Source: Deltaproteobacteria bacterium (lineage in GTDB: Bacteria; Desulfobacterota; Syntrophia; Syntrophales; JACQWR01). From it: 64,000 nucleotides of DNA. The stretch is taken from contig JACQWR010000028.1 of the NCBI GenBank assembly GCA_016209105.1, forward strand, positions 135,642-199,641, read 5' to 3'. The notes under the pieces are model-generated. The model worked only from the letters and a program-made list of their open reading frames with translations, was not told where the DNA came from and ran no database searches. Both the position numbers and the translations under genes were made by a program. Numbering within the stretch: position 1 is the first letter of the stretch; each line of letters opens with the position of its first letter. Below, one piece after another: positions 36,451 through 45,674 of this stretch.

Positions 36451-37839
36451 CTAAAGAAAATGAATCGCTTTCCCCAGAGCCGCATGAAAAGCCTCAGGAA
36501 TAATTTCCGCAACCGTGGGATGCGGGTGAACGGTAGTCGTGATTTCTTCCGCCGTTGCCTCCAGGTTCATGGCCAGAACGGATTCGGAGATCATATCCGT
36601 AGCATGAATGCCGTAGATATGAACGCCGAGAATCTCGTTATACCGCGGTTCGATGATTACTTTGATCATTCCCCTCGTCTCGCCCTCGATTGCGGCTTTG
36701 CCGTTCGCGGCGAGGGGAAACCTGCCGACCTTGATTTTACCGTACTTTTCCCGTGCCTGCTTCTCCGTCAGACCCACAGACGCGAGTTCAGGCTGAAGAT
36801 AAATACCCCAGGGTATCCGATTGTAATCAATGCGGAACGCATGGCCTAAAATATTTTCCACCGCGATCATCCCTTCCATGGAGGCGGTATGGGCCAACAT
36901 GGACATGCCGTTAACGTCGCCAATGGCATAAATTCCTTGCACGCTGGTTCTCAAATGTTCGTCCACCGCTATGGCCCGTCCGTTCATCTTGAGTCCCAGC
37001 GTTTCCAGGTTCAGCCCCTCCGTATGGGGAACGCGGCCCACGGCCATTAATATTTTTGCGCCTTGGGCGGTCTTTTCCGTCCCGGCATGTTCGAAATAAA
37101 CGCTGGGCCCTGCGATCCGGGAAACTTTGGCCCCCGTAATGATTTCGATTCCGAGGGCCTTCAGCATCTTAGCCGTCTCATCCGTTATTTCCTCGTCCAC
37201 CATCGGGAGGATGTGCTCCATCATTTCCACGACCGTAACCTTGGAACCGAGCTGGGCAAAAATATAGGCGAATTCGATCCCGATGACCCCTCCGCCGATA
37301 ATGACCATCGTCTTCGGAATCTCGGTAAGCTCCAACGCCTCCGTGCTGGTAATGATCGGCGCCTGTTTCCCCTTCTCCCCGGCGCCGATCGGTACCGGCA
37401 ATTCAGCGGGTTGAGAGCCGGTGGCGATGATGATATTTGCGGCTTTTATTTCTTCTCCGTTGACGTTCAGGGTATCCCTGTTCATAAAGGAGGCGTTTCC
37501 GCGATAAACCTTTACTCCATTGCCCTGGAGCAAAAAGCCGACCCCGCCGGTGAGTTTTTTGATTATCGCGCGTTTCCGCTCTTGCAGCTTATCCATCTTT
37601 ATTGCCGCCTGAGATGCTTCCACCCCGGAAACGCCGAATTCACCACACCGCCTTACCGCATTTACTATCTCTACGCTTTTCAGGAGCGTTTTTGTCGGTA
37701 TGCAACCCTGATTTAAGCAGACCCCACCCAGTTCGCCTTTTTCGATGAGGCAGACTTTTTTCCCGCTCTGTGCTGCCTTGATGGCCGCTACATAACCGCC
37801 GGGGCCTCCTCCGATGATTGCTATGTCGTAATTTTTCAC
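36451..37839 (-). CDS. lpdA: Dihydrolipoyl dehydrogenase (E3)
   Basis: (M)KNYDIAIIGGGPGGYVAAIKAAQSGKKVCLIEKGELGGVCLNQGCIPTK (FAD motif plus redox disulfide CLNQGC); C-terminal HPHPT..E. I placed the start at the GTG at 37839, behind AAGGGAG. Confidence 0.92.
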   Translation of the reverse strand: MKNYDIAIIGGGPGGYVAAIKAAQSGKKVCLIEKGELGGVCLNQGCIPTKTLLKSVEIVNAVRRCGEFGVSGVEASQAAIKMDKLQERKRAIIKKLTGGVGFLLQGNGVKVYRGNASFMNRDTLNVNGEEIKAANIIIATGSQPAELPVPIGAGEKGKQAPIITSTEALELTEIPKTMVIIGGGVIGIEFAYIFAQLGSKVTVVEMMEHILPMVDEEITDETAKMLKALGIEIITGAKVSRIAGPSVYFEHAGTEKTAQGAKILMAVGRVPHTEGLNLETLGLKMNGRAIAVDEHLRTSVQGIYAIGDVNGMSMLAHTASMEGMIAVENILGHAFRIDYNRIPWGIYLQPELASVGLTEKQAREKYGKIKVGRFPLAANGKAAIEGETRGMIKVIIEPRYNEILGVHIYGIHATDMISESVLAMNLEATAEEITTTVHPHPTVAEIIPEAFHAALGKAIHFL

Positions 37840-37852
37840 TATTATTTCTCCC

Positions 37853-39238
37853 TTAGATAAGTATGCTGACCGGGTTCTCCAGAAGGGCCTTAATCTGATT
37901 GATAAAACGGGTCGCCACGAGGCCGTCGATAATGCGGTGATCAACCGATAGCGTTATGTGCATAACAGACTTGATCAGTATCTTGTCTTCCCCGTCGTCC
38001 TCTACGACAACCGGAGTCTTCTTGACGGCGCTGATGCTCAGGATTCCTGCCTCAGGCGGATTGATGATGGCGGTGAAATTCTCGATGCCGAACATCCCGA
38101 GATTGGAGATGGTAAATGTCCCGCCTTTATACTCATCGGGCAATAATTTTCCATTGCGGGCTTTATCAATAAGGGACTGGCTCTCCCGGGCGATTTGCGT
38201 AACCTTTTTGTTTTGGGCTTTTTTTATAACGGGAACGATGAGACCGGTCTCCAGACCCACCGCGATTCCCAGATTGACGTCTTCATACTGAATGATTTGG
38301 TTGTCCTGGAGGGAGGAATTCAGTTCCGGGCACTTTTGCAGCGCCTTCGTTACCGCGGCCGCCACAAAGTCATTCAGAGAGACTTTTTGTTCCTGGGAGC
38401 TGTTTGCCTGCTGGCGGAGCGTCATCAGATTAGCCACATCAATGGATGTGGTGAAATAAAGATGAGGAGCGGTAAACATGCTCTGTGACAGCCGGTCGCC
38501 GATTATCTTCCGCATCCCGCTGTAGGGGATTGTTTTTAACACCGTTCTGTCGGCCAGCGGATCTCCCGGAGGCCTTCCCTGTTCTCCCCGTGCACCGACT
38601 GCGCCCTCCACATCGGCTTTCATGATTTTTCCGGCCGGGCCGGTGCCCTTCACGCCGCCGGGATTGAGGTTGCTTGCGGCCGCAATTTTTTCCGCCAGCG
38701 GCGTAATCCGGCCGCGATGACTTTTTCCATATTCCTCCACATCGGCCGCGGTGATGCCTCCCTGAAACCCGGTGCCCTTGATATCAAGATTCGTTACGTC
38801 AATCCTGTTCTCTTTAATGTACCGAGCCGCCTTGGGAGTCAGTTTTATTTTCCCGTCCGAAGCTGCGTCTGCAGGAACCGCTTCCCGTCTCGGCGCCCCG
38901 GCGGGCAAATTCTCCACGGACGGGGCATTTGCGCTGTCCGCCATTCCCGTCTTGCCGAGCTTTTCCGCGGCCTCTTTGATCATTTGACCGATATCTTCAT
39001 CCGCTTCCCCGATGATGGCAATGGGCAGGATAACGGCAACGGTTTCGCCTTCTTCTACCAAAATTTTCCGGAGATGCCCGTCCAGCGTGCTCTCTATCGC
39101 CATGGTTGTTTTATCGGTTAAAATCTCAAAGATGACTTCGCCTTTTTGAACGGGCTCGCCTTCCTTTTTAAGCCATTTGGCTAATTGGCCGCTCTCCATG
39201 TTGAATCCCAGTTTGGGCATTAGAATAAACTCAGCCAT
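37853..39238 (-). CDS. Dihydrolipoamide acyltransferase (E2) with one lipoyl domain, two peripheral-subunit-binding domains and a catalytic domain
   Basis: Lipoyl-lysine context EILTDKTTMAIES. PSBD 1 is TPKAARYIKENRIDVTNLDIKGTGFQGGITAADVEEY. PSBD 2 is TPLAEKIAAASNLNPGGVKGTGPAGKIMKADVEG. Catalytic motif SVDHRIIDG. Confidence 0.9.
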   Translation of the reverse strand: MAEFILMPKLGFNMESGQLAKWLKKEGEPVQKGEVIFEILTDKTTMAIESTLDGHLRKILVEEGETVAVILPIAIIGEADEDIGQMIKEAAEKLGKTGMADSANAPSVENLPAGAPRREAVPADAASDGKIKLTPKAARYIKENRIDVTNLDIKGTGFQGGITAADVEEYGKSHRGRITPLAEKIAAASNLNPGGVKGTGPAGKIMKADVEGAVGARGEQGRPPGDPLADRTVLKTIPYSGMRKIIGDRLSQSMFTAPHLYFTTSIDVANLMTLRQQANSSQEQKVSLNDFVAAAVTKALQKCPELNSSLQDNQIIQYEDVNLGIAVGLETGLIVPVIKKAQNKKVTQIARESQSLIDKARNGKLLPDEYKGGTFTISNLGMFGIENFTAIINPPEAGILSISAVKKTPVVVEDDGEDKILIKSVMHITLSVDHRIIDGLVATRFINQIKALLENPVSILI

Positions 39239-39250
39239 GCCTGTCCTCCT

Positions 39251-40252
39251 TTATCGTTTGGCCATCATCTTGGCCTTCTCATAAATCTTTTTCGCATCGG
39301 GGATGATCGGGAATTCCAAAGCCGGGCTGAAGGGAATCGGACAGTCCTCCGTGCCCAGACGCATCATGGGGAAATCCAGGTCATAAAATACGTCTTCCAT
39401 GATCCCCATCCCGATCTCGGCGCCGGCGCCGAAGCTCAAATGACCTTCATCCACGATCAACAGGCGGCCCGTTTTTTTCACGGAGCCGATCATTGTTTGT
39501 TTATCCAGGGGAACGAGGGTTCGCAGGTCAATCACTTCCACGTGGATTCCCTCTTTACCCAATTTATCCGCCGCCTCCAGCGACTTCAAAACCATGTTGG
39601 ACGTGGCGACAATCGTCAGCCTGTCCCCCTCGCGCACCACATTGGCCTTCCCGAAGGGGATCGTGTATTCGCCTTCCGGCACCGGGAATTTTTTGTTGTA
39701 TTCCACTTTGTGTTCCATGAACACGACCGGATTGTCGTCCCGGATCGCGGTTTTCAAGAGGCCCTTTAATTCGGCCGCCGTCGAGGGTAATGCCACCTTC
39801 AAACCGGGGACATGGGCCACCCATGCGTGCAGGCTTTGTGAATGCTGCGCCGCCGATGATCTTCCTCCCCCCATGGCCGCTCTGATGGTCAAGGGCACCT
39901 TGACCTGGCCGCCGGACATATAGCGGATCTTGGCGGCCTGGTTGGCGATCTGATCCATCCCCAGGGCGATAAAATCCGAAAACATGATTTCCACGACGGG
40001 CCGCATCCCCGTAATGGCCATGCCCACTCCCAGACCGATGATCCCGCTTTCGGAAATCGGCGTATCCTTGACCCGCCAGTCGCCGTATTTATCCCTCAAC
40101 CCGACGGTGGCCTTGAAATTGCCCCCGATGATCCCCACGTCTTCACCGATCAGAACCACATTTTCATCACGGGCCATCTCCTCATCAATGGCCTCGGCTA
40201 CGGCCTGGGCGTATGTAATCTCTCTTACCTGTTCCTGATTCATTATGCTCAC
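39251..40252 (-). CDS. 2-oxoacid/acetoin dehydrogenase E1 beta subunit
   Basis: ITYAQAVAEAIDEEMARDENVVLIGEDVG..GG.F..T.GL...YG..RV.DTPISE.GI.G.GVGMA..G.RPV.E. Confidence 0.9.
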   Translation of the reverse strand: MSIMNQEQVREITYAQAVAEAIDEEMARDENVVLIGEDVGIIGGNFKATVGLRDKYGDWRVKDTPISESGIIGLGVGMAITGMRPVVEIMFSDFIALGMDQIANQAAKIRYMSGGQVKVPLTIRAAMGGGRSSAAQHSQSLHAWVAHVPGLKVALPSTAAELKGLLKTAIRDDNPVVFMEHKVEYNKKFPVPEGEYTIPFGKANVVREGDRLTIVATSNMVLKSLEAADKLGKEGIHVEVIDLRTLVPLDKQTMIGSVKKTGRLLIVDEGHLSFGAGAEIGMGIMEDVFYDLDFPMMRLGTEDCPIPFSPALEFPIIPDAKKIYEKAKMMAKR

Positions 40253-41268
40253 CTTCCCTCAAAATAAATGTCTTCGAACGCCTCCACCGCATCGGGATAG
40301 GGGCTGTTCTTGGCAAATACAATGGCTTCCTGAATTTCATCGTTAATGGCGTTTTCCAGGGCGACGATGCCCTTTTCGTCCGATCCGGCCTTCTCGATTA
40401 AGTAGTCTCTGAAACAGACAAGGGGGCACCGTTCCTTCCAGAATGCTTCTTCTTCACGGGTCCGGTATTGCGTAGCCGGATCGCCGACGTGATGCCCTTT
40501 AAAGCGGTATGTCTTGCATTCGATCAAGGCCGGGCCTTGTCCTTCCCGGGCCGACGCCACGGCTTCTTTGACCGTCTCATACACTTTCAACACGTCATTC
40601 CCGTCGATCGTAACTCCGCCGATCCCGTACGCTTGGGCCCGCACCGCTATGTCCTGCATCTTCGTAACCCGATCCAGCGCCACCGAAATCCCGTAGCGAT
40701 TATTTTCCACGACATAGACAACGGGCAGGTCCCAGGCGGAAGCCATATTCAAACTCTCATGAAACGTCCCCTCATTCGTGGCGGACTCGCCTAAAAACGA
40801 CACGGTAACCTGTTTGGTGTCCTTATACTTGGCCATGTAGGCCGCGCCGGTAGCTATGGGGATGCCTCCCCCGACTATCCCGTTTGCCCCTAAAATGCCC
40901 TTATCCAGGGCCACGATATGCATGGAGCCGGCTTTGCCCTTGCAGTACCCGTCTTTTTTCCCCAAAACCTCGGCCATCATTTTTTTCGTATCGGCTCCCC
41001 GTGCAATCAAATGGCCATGGCCGCGGTGCGTACTGACGATATAATCCCGGTCTTGCAGGGCGGCGCAGGCCCCCGTCGCCACCGCTTCCTCGCCGATATA
41101 GGAATGGGCCAACCCCGGCATTAAGCCAAGTTTGTAGAGTTCGAACACCTGCTCCTCAAATTGCCTGATCCTATACATGGTTGCATACAGATTCTTTAAG
41201 AAATCTTCCTCGTAACGATTGCCGTCACTCGTGCCCTTTTTTTTAGAACTTCTTTTTTGTGCACTCAT
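40249..41268 (-). CDS. 2-oxoacid/acetoin dehydrogenase E1 alpha subunit (TPP-dependent)
   Basis: MYRIRQFEE.........G...G..H.Y.GEEAVA.G..........STHRGHGH; TPP motif G.GA.NEG.FHE.LN.A......V.ENN.Y. Confidence 0.9.
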   Translation of the reverse strand: MSAQKRSSKKKGTSDGNRYEEDFLKNLYATMYRIRQFEEQVFELYKLGLMPGLAHSYIGEEAVATGACAALQDRDYIVSTHRGHGHLIARGADTKKMMAEVLGKKDGYCKGKAGSMHIVALDKGILGANGIVGGGIPIATGAAYMAKYKDTKQVTVSFLGESATNEGTFHESLNMASAWDLPVVYVVENNRYGISVALDRVTKMQDIAVRAQAYGIGGVTIDGNDVLKVYETVKEAVASAREGQGPALIECKTYRFKGHHVGDPATQYRTREEEAFWKERCPLVCFRDYLIEKAGSDEKGIVALENAINDEIQEAIVFAKNSPYPDAVEAFEDIYFEGR

Positions 41269-41297
41269 CAGAAAAGGATACCCCCTTTTACATTTTT

Positions 41298-42230
41298 CTA
41301 TTCGTTTTCATCCGTTAATGAATCTCTTCGACCGCGATATAATTCCCCGGCATGATACGAGCTGCGGACCAAAGGCCCGGCCGCCACCTGAGAAAATCCC
41401 CTCTCATGGGCAACGTCCTCAAACCAGCGAAATCTCTCCGGACGGATATATTCCGCAACGGGCACATGCTCCCCGGACGGTCTGAGATATTGACCCAGCG
41501 TCAGAGACTGAACACCGGCCTCCACCAAATCATCAAAGACTGCGATTACTTCCTGTTCCTCTTCACCCAACCCCAACATCAGCCCCGTTTTTACCCGGCA
41601 GTCGCCTTCCCGCGCCGCCCGGTGCAATACGTCCAAGGATCGCCGGTAATCCGCCCCCGGACGCACGCCGGGATAAAGACTCGGCACGGTTTCCACATTA
41701 TGGTTGAACACCTCCGGAGCGGCCTTGAGCACCGTATCCACTGCCTCAGCATCGCCGCAGAAATCGGGGACCAACACTTCCGTCGTCACACCGGGGCACC
41801 TTTCCCTGATCTTTTCAATGCACGCGGCGAACTGGCCGGCCCCCCCGTCGCTGAGATCATCGCGGGTAACGGAGGTAATAACGACATGCCTAAGTCCGAG
41901 CTGTTGTGCCGCCTGAACCAGTCTTTCCGGTTCCTCCGGATCAAGGGCTGCCGGTCGGCCTTTGGGAACGGCGCAGAATCGGCAATTCCTGGTGCAGACT
42001 CCTCCCAGGATTAAAAAGGCAGCCGTGCGGGCGCCGAAGCATTCGCCGATATTCGGACATGAGGCGCTCAGGCAAACCGTGTTCAGGCGGAAATCGTTCA
42101 TCATGGCTAAGATGGCGGCGGTCCCGGTGCTCACCCGCTGTTTCAGCCAGGGCGGACGCTCCGTGTGCGTGCAGCCCGCCGCTGCAAACCCCGGAACATC
42201 TTCCCTTCGTATGGAATCGTCGTTACGCAT
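41298..42230 (-). CDS. lipA: Lipoyl synthase
   Basis: PPWLK........L.TVC..A.CPN..EC (auxiliary cluster) and CTRNCRFCAV (radical-SAM CxxxCxxC). The start was trimmed to the ATG at 42230. Confidence 0.92.
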   Translation of the reverse strand: MRNDDSIRREDVPGFAAAGCTHTERPPWLKQRVSTGTAAILAMMNDFRLNTVCLSASCPNIGECFGARTAAFLILGGVCTRNCRFCAVPKGRPAALDPEEPERLVQAAQQLGLRHVVITSVTRDDLSDGGAGQFAACIEKIRERCPGVTTEVLVPDFCGDAEAVDTVLKAAPEVFNHNVETVPSLYPGVRPGADYRRSLDVLHRAAREGDCRVKTGLMLGLGEEEQEVIAVFDDLVEAGVQSLTLGQYLRPSGEHVPVAEYIRPERFRWFEDVAHERGFSQVAAGPLVRSSYHAGELYRGRRDSLTDENE

Positions 42231-42948
42231 TTGCCCGCATTCCTTCCGGCAAGCTGCGGTAGGCGTTCTCGCTGTCGGCTCCAACGCCATCAGCCAATCT
42301 ATTGATATTCACCATCGTGCAGTCAAAAACCTGCCCGAAGTCTTCCTGGAACATTTCCATGACGCTCTCGACGCTCGTCCGGCAGTTTACCCGGGCGAGG
42401 TTGGTCACCCCGAAATCCTTGATCCCGCACGGCACGATGGCCTCAAACAAGCTGAGGTCGTTGTTGACATTCAGAGCAAATCCATGGCTCGTTACCCACC
42501 TCTTGACATAAACGCCGATAGCTGCCACCTTCTCCTCATCCAGCCACACCCCCGTATAGCGATCCTTTCTTCTCCCCTTCAGGCCAAAACGAGCCAAAGT
42601 CCTGATCAGCGTCTCTTCTATCGTGCGAACGTACCAGTGCACATCCTCACGCCATCGGGACAAATTGAGAACCGGGTAGCCGACGATCTGCCCGGGATTA
42701 TGGCAGGTAATATTTCCGCCGCGCACCGTATCGACGACCTCCACTCCCCGGCCGGCCAAAACAGGGGGGCTCATGAGCAGGTTTTCCCGGCCCCCGCTTC
42801 GCCCGATCGTGATGACGGGAGTGTGTTCCAGGAGAATCAGGATGCCGTCCCAGACGCCGGAAGCTACCAGGGTCCTGGCTTCTTCCTGGATGGCCAGGCC
42901 CCGTTCGTAACCGACGATCCCGCCTTTATAGACCGCGCAATTCTTCAT
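42223..42948 (-). CDS. lipB: Octanoyltransferase
   Basis: Y...L..Q...........D..L.LEHTPV.T.GR.........V....RGG..T.H.PGQ.V.YP...L....; C-terminal ..PCG catalytic region (IVPCGI). ATGA overlap with the upstream gene. Confidence 0.88.
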   Translation of the reverse strand: MKNCAVYKGGIVGYERGLAIQEEARTLVASGVWDGILILLEHTPVITIGRSGGRENLLMSPPVLAGRGVEVVDTVRGGNITCHNPGQIVGYPVLNLSRWREDVHWYVRTIEETLIRTLARFGLKGRRKDRYTGVWLDEEKVAAIGVYVKRWVTSHGFALNVNNDLSLFEAIVPCGIKDFGVTNLARVNCRTSVESVMEMFQEDFGQVFDCTMVNINRLADGVGADSENAYRSLPEGMRANA

Positions 42949-44216
42949 TGGCCGGCCTCCGGAGTGCATTCGTAGGCGTTGTTGATTAATTCGATATAAT
43001 GGCTGACGACCGCCTCATTGTCGGCTTTGTTCAAACCGTCCATGATATGCAAATTACAGCCCGGACAACCGCTGGTTACCACCTGGGGTCGGACGGCCAG
43101 AATGCTTTTGATCTTTTTGTCGTTTATCTGCCGCGACAGCGGGTAATGGGTAACGCTGAACAGACCGGCGCTCCCACAGCACGTGGCGGCGTCCGGCATT
43201 TCCACGTACTCGGCGTTGCCCATCATTTTCAATAGGCGGCGCGGTTGTTCTTTGACCCCGGTAAACGCCAAATGGCAGCTGTCGTGATAGGTGATCCGCG
43301 TCGGCTTGGGCAAGGCGGGCAGTTCTTTGACGCCCAATTGGTCGATCAGAAATTCGCCGATCTCGAAAATTTTCCCTTTCAGTCCCTTCGCCTTCTCGAG
43401 GTATTCCGGACCGACTTCCGGATGCCCGGCCCATTCCCGCAGTCCCGTGCCGCAACTGCCGCAGGCATAGACGATGGCGTCCGCATCGAGGCGCGACAGA
43501 ACATCGATATTGTGCCGCACCATACCCACCGCCTTGTCGATTTCGCCGCTGGCAAAAAAGGGAACCCCGCAGCAGACCTGTGCGGAAGGGACCCAGACGG
43601 AGCAACCGTTCCTGGCCAGGACATTGATCACCGATCGCCCGACGTTGATCCCGACAAAATTAATATGGCAGCCCGTAAAAAAGGCGACCTTCTTGAGCGG
43701 GTTGTCCACTTCGACCGACTGCACCTGACTTAAGAACGGCTTGCCGCCCATCATGGGCAGGACGCGGGCCTTCTTATTTAAGCGAAAAACCGCCCCATTG
43801 CTTGCCCGCTCCTTGAAAGGAATATGTTCGAGCATACTGGCCGCCGGTGCAAGGGAACTGAGCAGGTCCCGGTGATCCGCCAGCGCGCCGAGGATCACCT
43901 TTTTGCCCTTGGCAACGCCGAGTTCTTCGGCCTCCAAGCGCCGGAAGGCCATGATGATCTGGTCGAGCTTGGCGCCGACCGGACACACGGACATGCAATT
44001 CCGGCATAAAAGGCACTGATCCAGCCTTGCGACGACCTCAGCCGTGAGCGGCGCCTTCCCGGATAACACCCGGCCGGCTAAAAATATCCTCCCCCGCGCC
44101 GATGCGCTCTCCCACCCCAATTCGGCGAGCGAGGGACAAACGGCGCGGCAGAATCCGCAACGGTTGCACTTATCAATCAGGTTCTTCATTTTTCCGTAAA
44201 GTTCTTGTCTCAACAC
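42945..44216 (-). CDS. Fe-S subunit of a 2-hydroxyacid (glycolate/D-lactate) dehydrogenase, GlcF-like (2x[4Fe-4S] + two CCG domains)
   Basis: CNRCGFCRAVCP and CLLCRNCMSVCP ferredoxin motifs, followed by two cysteine-rich CCG-type segments (VCCGVPF, TCCGSAG). Confidence 0.82.
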   Translation of the reverse strand: MLRQELYGKMKNLIDKCNRCGFCRAVCPSLAELGWESASARGRIFLAGRVLSGKAPLTAEVVARLDQCLLCRNCMSVCPVGAKLDQIIMAFRRLEAEELGVAKGKKVILGALADHRDLLSSLAPAASMLEHIPFKERASNGAVFRLNKKARVLPMMGGKPFLSQVQSVEVDNPLKKVAFFTGCHINFVGINVGRSVINVLARNGCSVWVPSAQVCCGVPFFASGEIDKAVGMVRHNIDVLSRLDADAIVYACGSCGTGLREWAGHPEVGPEYLEKAKGLKGKIFEIGEFLIDQLGVKELPALPKPTRITYHDSCHLAFTGVKEQPRRLLKMMGNAEYVEMPDAATCCGSAGLFSVTHYPLSRQINDKKIKSILAVRPQVVTSGCPGCNLHIMDGLNKADNEAVVSHYIELINNAYECTPEAGQ

Positions 44217-44223
44217 GCCTTTT

Positions 44224-45651
44224 TTACCGCCGATCTGCCGGGAGGATTTTCCCGGGATTCATGATGTTGTCCGGATCGAAAAGATTTTTGACGCGCCTCA
44301 TCATTTCTGCCGCCTGCCCATGTTCCTGCGTCAACAAGGGACTGCGCACGATCCCCGTTCCGTGCTCTCCGGTGGTTGAACCGTTTAAGGCAAGCGCCAG
44401 GGCATGAATGCCATCAATGAGTGTCTCAACCTTTTTCATTTCTTCGGCGTCATCCGGTTTGATCAACAACCCCGTATGGATATTGCCGAAGACCGCGTGC
44501 CCGAAATTCACGCAGGCAACACCAGCTTTTCCTACCAGCTGCTGGATTCCGTCCAGGGCCTCGATCAGGCGGCTGGGCGGGACCACAATGTCTTCGCCCC
44601 CGGGGGTTCGCTTGGTCCCCGGCCGGGAGCCCATGACGCCGCCTTCCGCCTCATCCAGCAGAAACCACAGGCGTTGCATCTGCTCTCTGCTTTCAGCAAC
44701 TGTTGATGTTCCGGCAAAACTCGCGGCGATCTCCTTCGCCCTGTTCAACTCCCAGGCCACGCCGGGCAGATTGCCTTCAAACTCCATGAGGAGGACCATC
44801 TCCAGGGGCGACGGCAGCCGGAGATCCGATAGATTTTTCGCCACCGTCCCCTCCGCACTCGGTTGGACGAGGACGAACTCGCAGGCGGAAAAGACCACAC
44901 CGGCCTTGTACACCTCGCGGATGAGGGCCGGAACGCTCTTTTTATCCGCCGAGAGGAAGAGGATCCCTGCACGGGCGGGAGGAACGGGCGCCATTTTCAC
45001 CCGGATGCCCGTAATCACACCCAGGATCCCCTCACTGCCGACAAACAACCCGGTTTTCATGTCCAGGCCGGAAACGCTTTTGATTACCCGGGCCTGTTTC
45101 CCGCCGAGGGTGACAACCTCCCCCGTCGGCAGGACGACTTCCAGTCCCATGACGAAGCGGTCCATGGCGCCGTATTTCAGCGACCGTTGCCCGGCGGTGT
45201 TGTTCGCCGCCATGCCGCCGATGGTGCAGGCGGAACCGCTGGAAGGGTCGGGGGGAAGATAGAGACCGTAAGGGGCAAAGGCCTTGTTCAGTTCATCGAG
45301 GGTAACGCCCGGACGCACAAAGGCCTGATAATCTTCCGGCATCACCTGTTCAATGTCCTTCCAGCCGGACAGGTCGAGGCAGATCCCCCCCGTGGGTGCC
45401 AGGGCGCCGCCCGCCTGCCCGGTGCCCGCTCCCCGCGGGACTACAGGCACCTTTAACTCCCGTGCGATGGCCAGGGTTTTTATCACATCATTGACGCTTT
45501 TGGCCAAAACCGCCGCGTCCGGCTCAAAGTAATGAAAGAGCGTATAGATGCCCGAATCATAGCTGTAACAGGCCAGTTCTTCCTTGGCAGTCAACACTTG
45601 ATCCCGCTTGAATTCTTCCGAGAGCTTTTTCTGCAGTAATTTGCTTGCCAT
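44224..45651 (-). CDS. FAD-linked oxidase, GlcD / D-lactate dehydrogenase-like
   Basis: PRGAGTGQAGGA FAD-binding PCMH region and a C-terminal HGTG...K......DP..I.NPGK tail. Confidence 0.85.
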   Translation of the reverse strand: MASKLLQKKLSEEFKRDQVLTAKEELACYSYDSGIYTLFHYFEPDAAVLAKSVNDVIKTLAIARELKVPVVPRGAGTGQAGGALAPTGGICLDLSGWKDIEQVMPEDYQAFVRPGVTLDELNKAFAPYGLYLPPDPSSGSACTIGGMAANNTAGQRSLKYGAMDRFVMGLEVVLPTGEVVTLGGKQARVIKSVSGLDMKTGLFVGSEGILGVITGIRVKMAPVPPARAGILFLSADKKSVPALIREVYKAGVVFSACEFVLVQPSAEGTVAKNLSDLRLPSPLEMVLLMEFEGNLPGVAWELNRAKEIAASFAGTSTVAESREQMQRLWFLLDEAEGGVMGSRPGTKRTPGGEDIVVPPSRLIEALDGIQQLVGKAGVACVNFGHAVFGNIHTGLLIKPDDAEEMKKVETLIDGIHALALALNGSTTGEHGTGIVRSPLLTQEHGQAAEMMRRVKNLFDPDNIMNPGKILPADRR

Positions 45652-45674
45652 AGTATGCCTACTTTTTCCTCTTC

